Source of the DNA: Alkalispirochaeta sp.
GTDB lineage: Bacteria > Spirochaetota > Spirochaetia > DSM-27196 > Alkalispirochaetaceae
Reading direction: 5' to 3'
DNA: 64,000 nt
Assembly: GCA_965601925.1 (NCBI GenBank)
Contig: OZ271854.1
Coordinates: 3,264,001 to 3,328,000 of the forward strand
Shown: one piece after another, positions 1 through 12,563 of the stretch
Position numbering within the stretch: position 1 is the stretch's first letter
How the letters are laid out: each line of letters begins with the position of its first letter
Made by a program: the position numbers and the translations under genes
The notes under the pieces: model-generated
Databases searched by the model: none
What the model was told of the DNA's origin: nothing
Seen by the model: the letters and a program-made list of their open reading frames with translations, nothing else

Positions 1-250
1 TCAAGAGCTCGAAGAACTCATAGCCGCTCTCGTATATCACGTCGCTTCCGCAGATCCCCAGCCCTGCGATACCGTGGTGCACGTACGTCGGTAAGTCGGA
101 GTTCTTCACGAGAATCGCTCTAAGCGCGCCGCTCGCCTCCTCGGCTACCAGATGGCGCTCTCCCAGGGAGAGCTCGTATCCGCACTGCGCGAGGAGATCG
201 CTCGTCTTCTCAAAGAGTCGTCCCTTGGGAAGGGCTATGGTGACCGTCAC
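1..250 (-). CDS. hisG: ATP phosphoribosyltransferase catalytic subunit (5' part; runs off window)
   Basis: Not in the ORF track. Manual translation from GTG at 250 gives MTVTIALPKGRLFEKTSDLLAQCG...ILVKNSDLPTYVHHGIAGLGICGSDVIYE, matching the HisG ALPKGR and D-x-PTYV..G...GI-G-D motifs. GTGA overlap with the hisZ stop. Confidence 0.93.
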   Translation of the reverse strand, partial: MTVTIALPKGRLFEKTSDLLAQCGYELSLGERHLVAEEASGALRAILVKNSDLPTYVHHGIAGLGICGSDVIYESGYEFFELL

Positions 251-1323
251 AGGCGCGCCCTCCGTCCCGCTTCGTGGTGCCGCTGCGCCACAGCGATGCG
301 GGCGGTGAAACTCGATCCCGATACGGCCTCAACGTGGCGGTACGCCTCGGCAAGGGTCGAGGCGGGGAGTTTGCGCGTATACATCGAAAAGCCTACCGAC
401 GGAGCATCGAATCCGAACGCCTTTAGAAGGCGGTCGTAGCGTCCGCCGCGAATAACCGCCGCGTTACTGTCGGACAGATATGCACCGAAGGAGATACCGG
501 TGTAGTAGGTGTAGGCGCCGATTTCGCTCGTGTCTATGCGCAAGCACTCGCGCCGCGCCGGCGATACGACGCTCCCGACCGCGCGCACGACCGCGGCCAA
601 GGAGTCCGCGGCACGCCGCAGTGGAGGATAGGCGTCGAGGGTGGACAGATGTGCCTCGAAGGCCGGCAGCGGGCCGATGAAGGCGAGTAGTGCACGCACT
701 TCGTCGGGAAACGGCGCGAACAGGGGATTGGTCGCGATCTCGCGACGTCGAACCGCCTCGCGCAACGCGTCGCCTTCGGCGGGGGCGAACAACTGCGCCG
801 CGGCGCGAATAATCTCGTGCGATCCGATATGGAGCGCGCCTCCGTCGAGTGACAGACGGTCGAGCGCCGTCGCGGCCAGAAGCAGTACCTCCGCATCGCC
901 GTCTAGACCCGGGACGCCGACGAGCTCGATTCCCGCCTGTTGGTATTCGTTGTTGGATATGTCGTCGCGCTCCTCGGCGCGAACGATCTGGGCGTCGTAA
1001 AAGACTCGTACCGGGAGCTCTTCAGCGCTCAGGTGCGTACCGAGTTGCTTCGCCAAAAAAAGTGTAACGTCTGACCGAAGCGCCAGGATTTCTCCCTGCC
1101 GATCCACGGCGCGATACATGTGTCGACTACCTTGATCGGCGAGGAACCGGCGATACACATCGAAGTAATCGACCAGCGGTATCTCCACCGGATCGTATCC
1201 CCATGCGAGGAACAGATCCTCCAGGGCGCGGGATATCCGTCGATGCCGTGCCGCCTCACGCAGCTGAAGTGTCTCGGTTCCCGTCGGAAGGCTCAGTTGC
1301 CGGTGACTCTGCGGTTCAACCAT
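247..1323 (-). CDS. hisZ: ATP phosphoribosyltransferase regulatory subunit
   Basis: HisRS-like paralog motifs LALRSDVT, EYQQAGIEL, YYTGISF and RGGRYDRL; directly upstream of hisG. Confidence 0.92.
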   Translation of the reverse strand: MVEPQSHRQLSLPTGTETLQLREAARHRRISRALEDLFLAWGYDPVEIPLVDYFDVYRRFLADQGSRHMYRAVDRQGEILALRSDVTLFLAKQLGTHLSAEELPVRVFYDAQIVRAEERDDISNNEYQQAGIELVGVPGLDGDAEVLLLAATALDRLSLDGGALHIGSHEIIRAAAQLFAPAEGDALREAVRRREIATNPLFAPFPDEVRALLAFIGPLPAFEAHLSTLDAYPPLRRAADSLAAVVRAVGSVVSPARRECLRIDTSEIGAYTYYTGISFGAYLSDSNAAVIRGGRYDRLLKAFGFDAPSVGFSMYTRKLPASTLAEAYRHVEAVSGSSFTARIAVAQRHHEAGRRARL

Positions 1324-1358
1324 GACTGAACCAATCTATCACCTTCTGCACGATTCTG

Positions 1359-1919
1359 TCAGTCGGTGCCCGCTTTTCCCTCGACGGGTCGATCCGCCGG
1401 TTCGAAAAAGGTCAGCACGGACCCGCCGTACTCCCGCCGGTCGGTCTGAATGAGGTGCGCCGTCGATGAAAACACCTCAGCACGGGGGGCGTGCATGACG
1501 ATTCGCGTTCCGGCGTGAATCGAGCGCGAGCGTCCCAGGCGTTGAAGGAGGTCTCGTTTGTGCGGATAGGCGAACGGCGGGTCCAGATAGACGATGTCGA
1601 AGGCGCGGGCGTTACGCGCAATGAACCGCTCCACCGGCTCGATACGGACGATCGGTTTGGGCGAAAGATCCGTGAGGTTCCGCAGGATCACCGAGCGCTT
1701 GATCCGTTCCCGTTCCACGAGTACGACCGGCCGCGCCCCGCGCGACCACGCCTCGATCGCCACCAAGCCCGATCCGGAGAAAAGATCGAGAAAACTTTGC
1801 TCCCCCAAGCTCCCCAGAATCGAGAACAGTGAGACGCGCATACGGTCCATCGCCGGACGTGTGACTCCCGGAGGCATATGCACGACGCGACCGCGCAGCT
1901 CTCCGCCGGTCACCCTCAT
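1359..1919 (-). CDS. rsmD: 16S rRNA m2G966 methyltransferase
   Basis: MRVTGGELRGR...RPAMDRMR, LDLFSGSG, LDPPF and YG motifs. Start reassigned to ATG 1919 (ATGA overlap with the recG stop). Confidence 0.9.
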   Translation of the reverse strand: MRVTGGELRGRVVHMPPGVTRPAMDRMRVSLFSILGSLGEQSFLDLFSGSGLVAIEAWSRGARPVVLVERERIKRSVILRNLTDLSPKPIVRIEPVERFIARNARAFDIVYLDPPFAYPHKRDLLQRLGRSRSIHAGTRIVMHAPRAEVFSSTAHLIQTDRREYGGSVLTFFEPADRPVEGKAGTD

Positions 1920-3955
1920 ACGGCGGCTACCACGGCGCGTCGCAGGCTCTCGTGGGCTGCGTCCTGCAGGTCGGGATCTCGGCGCAGGATCTCGGCGATG
2001 TGCGCGCGCGCCGCGATCATCGTATCCATGTCTCGACGGATATCGGCGAAACGAAACTGCAGGAAGCCGGACTGCCGGCTCCCCTTGAGCTCTCCGGGAC
2101 CTCGTATCCGGAGATCTTCCTCGGCGATGAAAAAGCCGTCGGTGCTTTGATACATCACTTTGAGCCGTTCTCGTCCGTCCTCGGACAGCGGCTCCTGATA
2201 GACCAAAATGCAATACGACTGTGCGCTTCCGCGACCGACGCGACCGCGAAGTTGGTGCAGAGCGGCCAGTCCGAACGCCTCAGCGTGCTCGATCACCATA
2301 CACGTCGCGTTGGGCACGTCGACGCCGACCTCCACGACGCTCGTTGCGACGAGGGCGTGGACCTCGCCGCCGGCGAAGCGCTCCATCGTCGTCGTGCGTT
2401 CCGCCTCATCGAGTCGCGAATGGGCGAGACCCACGACGTACGGCGTGAGGTACTCGCTGAGTCGTTGGTACATCTCCTCGACGCTGCGATAGCCGCGCTC
2501 GCCCGACTCGTCGATGGCCGGGTAGACCAAGTACGCCTGGTGCCCCGCCTCAACTTCGCGTCGGACGAACTCGTACACGCGCCGTTCGTTGCCCATTCGC
2601 GCCAGATGGGTATGAACCGGCTTGCGACCCGGCGGAAGGGTTCGGATCGTACTCACGTCGCTGTCGCCGAAGGCCGTGAGCGCAAGGGAGCGCGGAATGG
2701 GCGTCGCGCTCATCATCAACACGTCGGGGGCCCGACCGCGAGAGACGATCGCCTCCCGCTGCGCCACCCCGAAGCGATGTTGTTCGTCGATGATCACCAG
2801 GCCGAGATTGGCGTACTCCAACCCCTCGGAGAAGAGGGCGTGCGTGCCGATGACCAGATCGACGGCGCCGGTCATGAGCGCTGCGGCGATCTCGCGCTTT
2901 GCGCGTGCGCCGACGTTGCCGACCATGAGCGCGGGATGAGCGTCCGTGTTCGCCAGCAGGGCGCCGATCGAGCGGGCGTGCTGGCGGGCCAGCAGTTCCG
3001 TGGGTACCAACAGTGCGACCTGTTGTCCTCGCTCGATCGCATACGCCGCGCAGAGTAGCGCCACCAGCGTCTTTCCCGAACCGACATCGCCCTGCAGGAG
3101 TCGCGACATGGGCCACGGCCGCTTCATGTCTTCGATGATCTCCTCCAGCACAGCGCGTTGATCGTCGGTTAGCTCGAAGGGCAGCGACGCTCGGATGGTC
3201 GACACGATGCGGCGAGTCGCCTCGGGGCGCGGGCGTCTTCGGCTCCGGCGCCTGCGTATCGCCTCTATCGCCGTGCGAAACTGAAAGACGAACAGCTCTC
3301 CGTAGACTAAGCGACGCAACCCTTCGGCGGGTTCGTCGGCGCTCCGGGGCCGGTGGATCGCCGTAAGCGCGGCCGGGAGCGTGAGCAGTTGTTCCGAAGA
3401 GCGCACCGACTCGGGGACTTCGTCGTCGATCGTATCCAGGTAGCGGTCGAGGGCGCGCCCTATGGCGACGCGAATGTCGCGCTGACCGAGCCCCTCGGTC
3501 GCAGGATAGACCGGCAGGAACGCGGGGGACGTCGGCGTCCGGTCGCCGTCGACGCGTTCGGCCTCGAAGCTACTCGTCTGGATCTCTCCGTATCGCAGCG
3601 CGAACTGGCCGTAGGCGATGAGCGATACGCCGACGGGAAAACTCTTGGCGAGAACGTTGCGTCCGAAACATACCAGCGCTCCCAAACCGCTCTCGTCTCG
3701 GATAACGATCTTGAGAACCTTACGGCGGCCGCGATTGAAGTAGTCGTGGCCTACGACCTCGCCGCGCACCAAGCCTTCGCCCGCCGCCGCCGCCTCTACC
3801 AGCGTGACGATGCGTGATCGATCCTCGTAGCGTCGGGGGATGAGCGTCAATAGATCGGCTACCGTTTCGATATGCATGCGGCGAAACTGTTCGGTTCGCC
3901 GGGCTCCCACGCCGTGGAGTTCACCCACGGCGTCGCGCACGTCTCGCAGAAGCAC
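1916..3955 (-). CDS. recG: ATP-dependent DNA helicase RecG
   Basis: LLQGDVGSGKT, IIDEQHRFG, SATPIPR, HQLRGRVGRG and DGFFIAEEDLRIRGPGE. Confidence 0.97.
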   Translation of the reverse strand: MLLRDVRDAVGELHGVGARRTEQFRRMHIETVADLLTLIPRRYEDRSRIVTLVEAAAAGEGLVRGEVVGHDYFNRGRRKVLKIVIRDESGLGALVCFGRNVLAKSFPVGVSLIAYGQFALRYGEIQTSSFEAERVDGDRTPTSPAFLPVYPATEGLGQRDIRVAIGRALDRYLDTIDDEVPESVRSSEQLLTLPAALTAIHRPRSADEPAEGLRRLVYGELFVFQFRTAIEAIRRRRSRRRPRPEATRRIVSTIRASLPFELTDDQRAVLEEIIEDMKRPWPMSRLLQGDVGSGKTLVALLCAAYAIERGQQVALLVPTELLARQHARSIGALLANTDAHPALMVGNVGARAKREIAAALMTGAVDLVIGTHALFSEGLEYANLGLVIIDEQHRFGVAQREAIVSRGRAPDVLMMSATPIPRSLALTAFGDSDVSTIRTLPPGRKPVHTHLARMGNERRVYEFVRREVEAGHQAYLVYPAIDESGERGYRSVEEMYQRLSEYLTPYVVGLAHSRLDEAERTTTMERFAGGEVHALVATSVVEVGVDVPNATCMVIEHAEAFGLAALHQLRGRVGRGSAQSYCILVYQEPLSEDGRERLKVMYQSTDGFFIAEEDLRIRGPGELKGSRQSGFLQFRFADIRRDMDTMIAARAHIAEILRRDPDLQDAAHESLRRAVVAAV

Positions 3956-3964
3956 GAAGAGCGG

Positions 3965-4551
3965 TTACACGGGGATGAGCATGACCAGCTGCACCAGTAT
4001 GTTGGCAACTATCCGCCCCGCGATCAGCGCGCCGACCAGTACCGCCGCAAAGATCAACAGCGAGTCGCGATAGATGGTGAAGCGACCCCGCAAAAAGGGC
4101 CGAATCGTCCATTGCAGCGCCGGATTGATGATGTATTCGAGCCTCGTCCAGACGCCGCCCGCGCTATCTAAACCGGCAAGGATTCCGATAAGGCGCACGC
4201 CGGTTAAGATGAGAAAGAGTACGAGCACGAATGAGATAATCGACCACAACGAAGAGACGATGAGCGCCAACACGAAGCTGAACGAGATGGCGTTGCCGCG
4301 GGCGATTCCGTCGACGATGCGATGCAGTACGAACAATACTACGACACCGACCGCCGCAGACAGGTCGAGTGCGCCGATGCGCATCCCGACGTTACGACGA
4401 AACCAGTTGAGATACGGATCGGTAATCGCCGCCAGAACTTCTTGCCCGCGGCCCAGATTGATTCCTCGAAACCACGTCAGCAGTATGCGTATTACAATGA
4501 CCGCTATGTAGAGCGCCAGAAGCGCTCGTACGAATTGGAATACTTGTTGTA

Positions 4552-4555
<4 letters not shown>
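3965..4555 (-). CDS. YggT family membrane protein (duplicated YggT domain)
   Basis: IRILLTW...TDPYLNWFR...LDLS motif plus a second hydrophobic repeat. Start taken at GTG 4555 (GTGA overlap with dnaE). Confidence 0.8.
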
Positions 4556-7968
<3,413 letters not shown>

Positions 7969-7974
7969 GATCCA

Positions 7975-8003
7975 ATACTACCGGGGAGCCCGCGTCTCTG
8001 CAA
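7975..8003 (-). promoter_or_regulatory. Putative sigma70 promoter for dnaE (leaderless)
   Basis: Minus strand TTGCAG-N17-TAGTAT, then 6 nt to the GTG start; no SD. Confidence 0.55.
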
Positions 8004-8006
8004 CGG

Positions 8007-8873
8007 TCAATCGAAGCGATGGAGGAAGAGTCTGAGTCCGTTTGCGGCCCGCCACCGTCCCAAGTCGTCGAGCTCGCTTCCGAAGAGCGGATTGTGTTCC
8101 AGTGCGGAGATAATCGCGCGCCGATCGCGCTCGGTAAGGGGCACCGACCGGCCCACGAGATCGGTCTCGGCGTCGCGCAGTCGTATTTGAACGCGGCTGT
8201 CGACGAGGAGGGCGAATCGAAACTCGCTGATACCGGTCTTCTCCAGCGTGGCGGCGGCAACCATCGTGAGCGAGCCTCTCTCCGCCGGAAAGGGGTTGCC
8301 CCAGGTGTGGATCATCCAATGCGTCCAGTGGTGGGCCGGAATGCGCAGGCGAGCGATAATTTCACCCTGTTCAAAACGAGGTAGGCCCGACGCGTCGCGC
8401 AGTTGGGCGAGCGGGATCCAGCGGCTGTTACCCTGCCGTCTCAGTTCCACACGGGTGTCCAAGAGCTGGAGCGTGGAGGTGACCGGGAGCAACGTTCCCG
8501 GAATCGATACGGCGCCGCCGAGGGTCGCGAGGTTTCGAATCGGGGGCGGTCCGATCTGGCTGATCGCATCGACCACCGGGGCGGGCAAAAACCGCACGCC
8601 CACGCTCTGGAGGCGTGCGATCGGTACCGCCGAGCCGATCTCGACTTGATTGACGCTTCGGACGACTCGCCGCAGCTCCCGGACCTCGTGAAGCGAAAGG
8701 ATGCTCCGATCCTCCTCGGCGCGCGGTTGCGCCCCCGACATCCACCACGTTCCACCGGCCCATACGTCCATCGTCGTGTTATGGCGCAACACCTGCAGCG
8801 CCTCTCCGAGCGAGGTGGGCGCGACCACCTCGGAGTCGATTCGTCGCTTGAGTCTATCGCCTCTGTTGCTCAC
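8007..8873 (-). CDS. FAD-binding subunit, xanthine/CO dehydrogenase family (CoxM-like)
   Basis: APTSLGEAL, AGGT, EIGS and IRNLATLGG FAD-binding motifs. Confidence 0.82.
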   Translation of the reverse strand: MSNRGDRLKRRIDSEVVAPTSLGEALQVLRHNTTMDVWAGGTWWMSGAQPRAEEDRSILSLHEVRELRRVVRSVNQVEIGSAVPIARLQSVGVRFLPAPVVDAISQIGPPPIRNLATLGGAVSIPGTLLPVTSTLQLLDTRVELRRQGNSRWIPLAQLRDASGLPRFEQGEIIARLRIPAHHWTHWMIHTWGNPFPAERGSLTMVAAATLEKTGISEFRFALLVDSRVQIRLRDAETDLVGRSVPLTERDRRAIISALEHNPLFGSELDDLGRWRAANGLRLFLHRFD

Positions 8874-9333
8874 GGCGTTTTCGCTCCTGGACGCGGCTCG
8901 CCAGACGGACGGCTCGTTCGAACTCGTCCCGGCTCAGACAACGGCCGGCGAGATGGCGGCTGTGGTCCTGAATGCGCTCTTCGGTGGGAGTCTCCGTCTC
9001 CGAGAGAAGTTGGTACGCCGCGAGTACGACGCCCGGCAACACCTCCGTGCAACGCGTGATCCCGATCTTATCCATAGCGCGCATGATATCCTGGTAGAGC
9101 GGATCGTCGGCGAGGCCGTCGAGGTCTCGTACGTCAGCTCCCTGCAAGCGGAAGATCGGTACGGTGCACGCCGGCACGACGCGACCGGCAAGCACTATCG
9201 AGCAGCGCATACAACTCCCGTCGCCGCACCGACCGTATCGAGCGCGTTCATCGCTGAGATAGACGTGCGCGGAGGAGGTGGCCGGAGCCTCGATGGTGCG
9301 CGGTTTTCCGTTGAATACGAACGAAATGGTAAT
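8854..9333 (-). CDS. [2Fe-2S] subunit, xanthine/CO dehydrogenase family (CoxS-like); probable ATT start
   Basis: The frame extends upstream of the track start (9210): ITISFVFNGKPRTIEAP...RCGDGSCMRCSIVLAGRVVPAC, which is CX4CX2CX11C. AGGAGG lies 9 nt before ATT at 9333. Confidence 0.8.
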   Translation of the reverse strand: MTISFVFNGKPRTIEAPATSSAHVYLSDERARYGRCGDGSCMRCSIVLAGRVVPACTVPIFRLQGADVRDLDGLADDPLYQDIMRAMDKIGITRCTEVLPGVVLAAYQLLSETETPTEERIQDHSRHLAGRCLSRDEFERAVRLASRVQERKRREQQRR

Positions 9334-9337
9334 GACG

Positions 9338-11344
9338 CTACTCCTCCTGCAACATTCGTAGAATTTGCGCCGGCCGTATCGGAAGACGGTCGAGGTACAG
9401 TCCGCTGGCCTGCGACAGTGCGCTAACCAGAGCGGCCGGTACCGTCAGGAACGGGAGCTCTCCGATGCCGGTCGGCCCGTCCTTTCGCATCGGATTTCCG
9501 AAGATTATTTTTATGCGCGGAGGTCGACCTCGAAACGATGTGTCGTATCCCTCTGCAGCGGACGGCCGTTCATCACCGCGGGCTTCCCACGCATCGTGGA
9601 GCGTCCAGGAAAGTGCCTGGTAAATACCGCGGCGCAACTCCGCCTCGGCGCTGCCGCGATCCAGGATACGTCCGGCGTACACCGCGAGCGTAACCGACCG
9701 AATTTCGATCTCCATGCTGGAAGGAACGAGGAGCGTCTCGATCGCCGCCGCTCCTACCGAGTGGAGCGCATCGGCGGGGGAGCGCATCGCGCGACTCGTT
9801 CGAATAGTTCGCCTGACCTGAATCGGTAGCGGATCGCGAAAGCGCTGCTTCTGGATCGCCTGGCACGCCGACTGGATCGCTCGGGGGATTACCGAGACAC
9901 CGCGGGAGAACAGGCGCGGTCCGCTGTCCTGTTGTTCGGTCTCATAGCGGTTGTCGAGGACGACGGCGTCCAAGTCGATACCCAGTTCCTGGGCGACAAT
10001 CGTCCGCCACGCGGCGACCAACTTGGGCGTCGGAGTCGGAAGCGAACAGAACAGACGCGCCGTTCCGTCCTGCTCGAGACGGACCGATACGGCTCCCGAC
10101 TCCTTGTCGCCGGTCATACCCGAGATCTGGTCGGCCATCGCAAACCCGATACCCTTCAATGCACCGGAGTTGCGCGGGAGTTGAAGGCGCCGTTTGCGCA
10201 CGATCTCGTTCGCGCTGTGACGTCGGTGGAAGTCCGACTCGTCGGCGAGCCCGCTACAGAGCTCTTGGAGCACCGGCCAGTCGAGTCGTAAATGACGCTG
10301 CCGCCAGATCACCGGATCCTCCTCGGCAAGCTCGGCGAGTCTACTGTAGTGAACCTCCCGAGCAAACGATACCTGCGCCGTCCCGACCCCCTCCATGGGT
10401 CCTGCGGGAAGCGTCGGGGTCGTCTCGACTCGGGATGAGAGCTGGAGGTCCGCGAATCGATACACGGAGCGCGCCGCGGCGCGGATTCGTCGCGACGTCT
10501 CGTCGGTGAGCACCGAGTATGCACCGTCGGAGATGCGAACCGCAACGCCGTTTCCGATAAGACGCCCCTCGGCGTCGAGGCGTGATACCCACCGGACGGT
10601 GCTTGCGCCGCGCCCCCCCGTGAGATGGATCTGATCGGAGCGCATCGCCAGGGTAACCGTCGAGTCGAGCAGACGACCGGTCAGTGCCGCGATCACCGCC
10701 AGCTCGGCGGCATAATGCAACGCTGCGTCTCTCACGCCTCCGGGAGCCTCGCTCACGACGGTAACCGATCGGGCGCGAAGCGTAAGAGCCGCGGCGACGG
10801 AACTGCGAACGTGTGACGGCCATTGACACGGAAGACGAACCGTCGCGGTCCGATCGTCCGCGGTCGCCTCGGCCCACAACGGAGCGTCGGCTGCGTGGAG
10901 TTGCCTCGCCGTCTCATAACGCCCCTCGACGATCTGGTGCGCCGTCTGTGCGAACGGCGGCGTTGAGGCCGGCTCGTTAGGGAGTGGTGCTTCGTCCGGG
11001 ACGGTGGGCAACGCCGCGTTATCGCCTGCGTGCTCGTCTTGTTCCGTGCGGGACGTTTCACTCTCCGGCGCGGCAAGGGACTGCGGGATGAAGACGCTCA
11101 GGCGATCGAGATCGTGCCATCGCGCGCCGCACAGAACCGCGATAATTTGCCCTGCATACGCCGCGCGATCCGGTAGAATCGCCACCGACTCGAAGGGAGG
11201 GGCGAGCGACACGTCTCGCGGGAGGTTGCGAGGGAGCACAAGCGTGCACCCACCGGGAAGAGCGCGCGCCGCCGCCGCGTCCTCATCGACCGCGGCACCT
11301 GGGCCGGATGCGATAATCGGTCGCGCAAGGAGCCGTTCATCCAC
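9338..11344 (-). CDS. Molybdopterin-binding large subunit-like protein, xanthine/CO dehydrogenase family (degenerate)
   Basis: YAGQIIAV, QxH, QWP, ELAEEDP, KGIG and GIGE remnants follow the CoxL/XdhB order; canonical GGGFG and FRGFG motifs are altered. Confidence 0.75.
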   Translation of the reverse strand: MDERLLARPIIASGPGAAVDEDAAAARALPGGCTLVLPRNLPRDVSLAPPFESVAILPDRAAYAGQIIAVLCGARWHDLDRLSVFIPQSLAAPESETSRTEQDEHAGDNAALPTVPDEAPLPNEPASTPPFAQTAHQIVEGRYETARQLHAADAPLWAEATADDRTATVRLPCQWPSHVRSSVAAALTLRARSVTVVSEAPGGVRDAALHYAAELAVIAALTGRLLDSTVTLAMRSDQIHLTGGRGASTVRWVSRLDAEGRLIGNGVAVRISDGAYSVLTDETSRRIRAAARSVYRFADLQLSSRVETTPTLPAGPMEGVGTAQVSFAREVHYSRLAELAEEDPVIWRQRHLRLDWPVLQELCSGLADESDFHRRHSANEIVRKRRLQLPRNSGALKGIGFAMADQISGMTGDKESGAVSVRLEQDGTARLFCSLPTPTPKLVAAWRTIVAQELGIDLDAVVLDNRYETEQQDSGPRLFSRGVSVIPRAIQSACQAIQKQRFRDPLPIQVRRTIRTSRAMRSPADALHSVGAAAIETLLVPSSMEIEIRSVTLAVYAGRILDRGSAEAELRRGIYQALSWTLHDAWEARGDERPSAAEGYDTSFRGRPPRIKIIFGNPMRKDGPTGIGELPFLTVPAALVSALSQASGLYLDRLPIRPAQILRMLQEE

Positions 11345-12563
11345 GGTAGCGCTCCAGAAGTTCCGAGAGCGTTGCGATAACGTACTCCTGGTCGGACGAC
11401 GGGAGAGACGGATAGATCGGCAGGCTTATGATCTCGCCAAATCGTGCGTCGGTGTGGGGGAGGTTCGTGCCTTGCGCCGGATAGCGCTCGCGCCAGTACG
11501 GCATGCGGTGGAGCGGAATGTAGTGTACCGATGTGCCGACGCCCCGCTCTTGGAGCAGCTCGACCATCCGATCGCGACCGATCGTGAGCTTCTCCGTCGA
11601 AAGACGAATGACGAACAGATGCCAGGCGTGCCCCGGCACCTCTCGGGGCAGGCGCGTGAGTCCGGCGGCCTCGAAGGGGCCCAATGCGTCGCGATATCGA
11701 TGAGCGATGCGCCGCCGCGCCTCCAGCAGGTCCCGAGCGCGAGCCAACTGGACGCGTCCGATCGCCGCGGCGATATCGGTAAGATTGTACTTGAAGCCCG
11801 GCGCAACCACCTCGTAGTACCAATGGGGCGGCTCGCCGGCGGTCGCGCGGCCGGTGACGGTGAAGCGATTCCACGCATCCCGATCGATACCGTGGAGACG
11901 CATCGTACGTATGCGGTCCGCCCATTCGTCGCGGTCGGTCGTGACCATGCCCCCCTCGCCGGTGGTAATGGTCTTGTTGGCGTAAAAGGAAAAGACGCCT
12001 GCATCGCCCAGCGCCCCGGCGTACCCGGCCGGCGTATCGCTCGGAAACGCGTGCGCCGCATCCTCCACCACGACCGCTCCGTGTGCGACGGCGATCTCTC
12101 GGATCCGATCGATGCGGCACGGTTCCCCGCCGAGGTGGACCGGTATGATCGCCGCAAGTCGTTCGCCTCGGGTTCGAATATCGGCGGCGCGACGGGCGAC
12201 CGACTCCGGATCGATGAGGAGCCCCTCGGCCTCGATATCGGCGAACTCCACCTCGCCGCCGAGATAACGCACGACCTCGGCGGTAGCGGTGAAGGTCAAG
12301 CTCGGCACGATCACGCGATCTCCCGGACCGACGCCGGCAGCCTCCAGGGCGAGGTGAAGCCCGGCGGTCGCGCTGTTCACCGCCAGGGCGTGACGGACGC
12401 CGATCGTGCGGGCAAACTCGCGCTCGAAGGCCAACGCCTCCTCACCGGTCGTGAGCCACCCGCTTTTTAGGACCTCGGCGACCGCCTCGACCTCTTCATC
12501 GCCGATCGTGGGACGGGAGAAGGGAATGCGGCGCGCCGCAATGCGTTCAGTATTGCGGTTCAT
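11337..12563 (-). CDS. DegT/DnrJ/EryC1/StrS PLP-dependent sugar aminotransferase
   Basis: SGWLTTG, NSATAGLHLAL, EDAAHA and FSFYANKTITTGEGG (Schiff-base Lys present), GFKYNL. Confidence 0.93.
   Translation of the reverse strand: MNRNTERIAARRIPFSRPTIGDEEVEAVAEVLKSGWLTTGEEALAFEREFARTIGVRHALAVNSATAGLHLALEAAGVGPGDRVIVPSLTFTATAEVVRYLGGEVEFADIEAEGLLIDPESVARRAADIRTRGERLAAIIPVHLGGEPCRIDRIREIAVAHGAVVVEDAAHAFPSDTPAGYAGALGDAGVFSFYANKTITTGEGGMVTTDRDEWADRIRTMRLHGIDRDAWNRFTVTGRATAGEPPHWYYEVVAPGFKYNLTDIAAAIGRVQLARARDLLEARRRIAHRYRDALGPFEAAGLTRLPREVPGHAWHLFVIRLSTEKLTIGRDRMVELLQERGVGTSVHYIPLHRMPYWRERYPAQGTNLPHTDARFGEIISLPIYPSLPSSDQEYVIATLSELLERYRG

Noticed and set aside
11004..12470. 488-aa plus-strand ORF, and other long antisense ORFs (1952-3058, 15463-16695, 49732-50847, 60134-61552, 62200-63297)
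   Set aside because: They lie opposite well-supported genes; low-complexity Arg/Ala-rich translations are expected at high GC.
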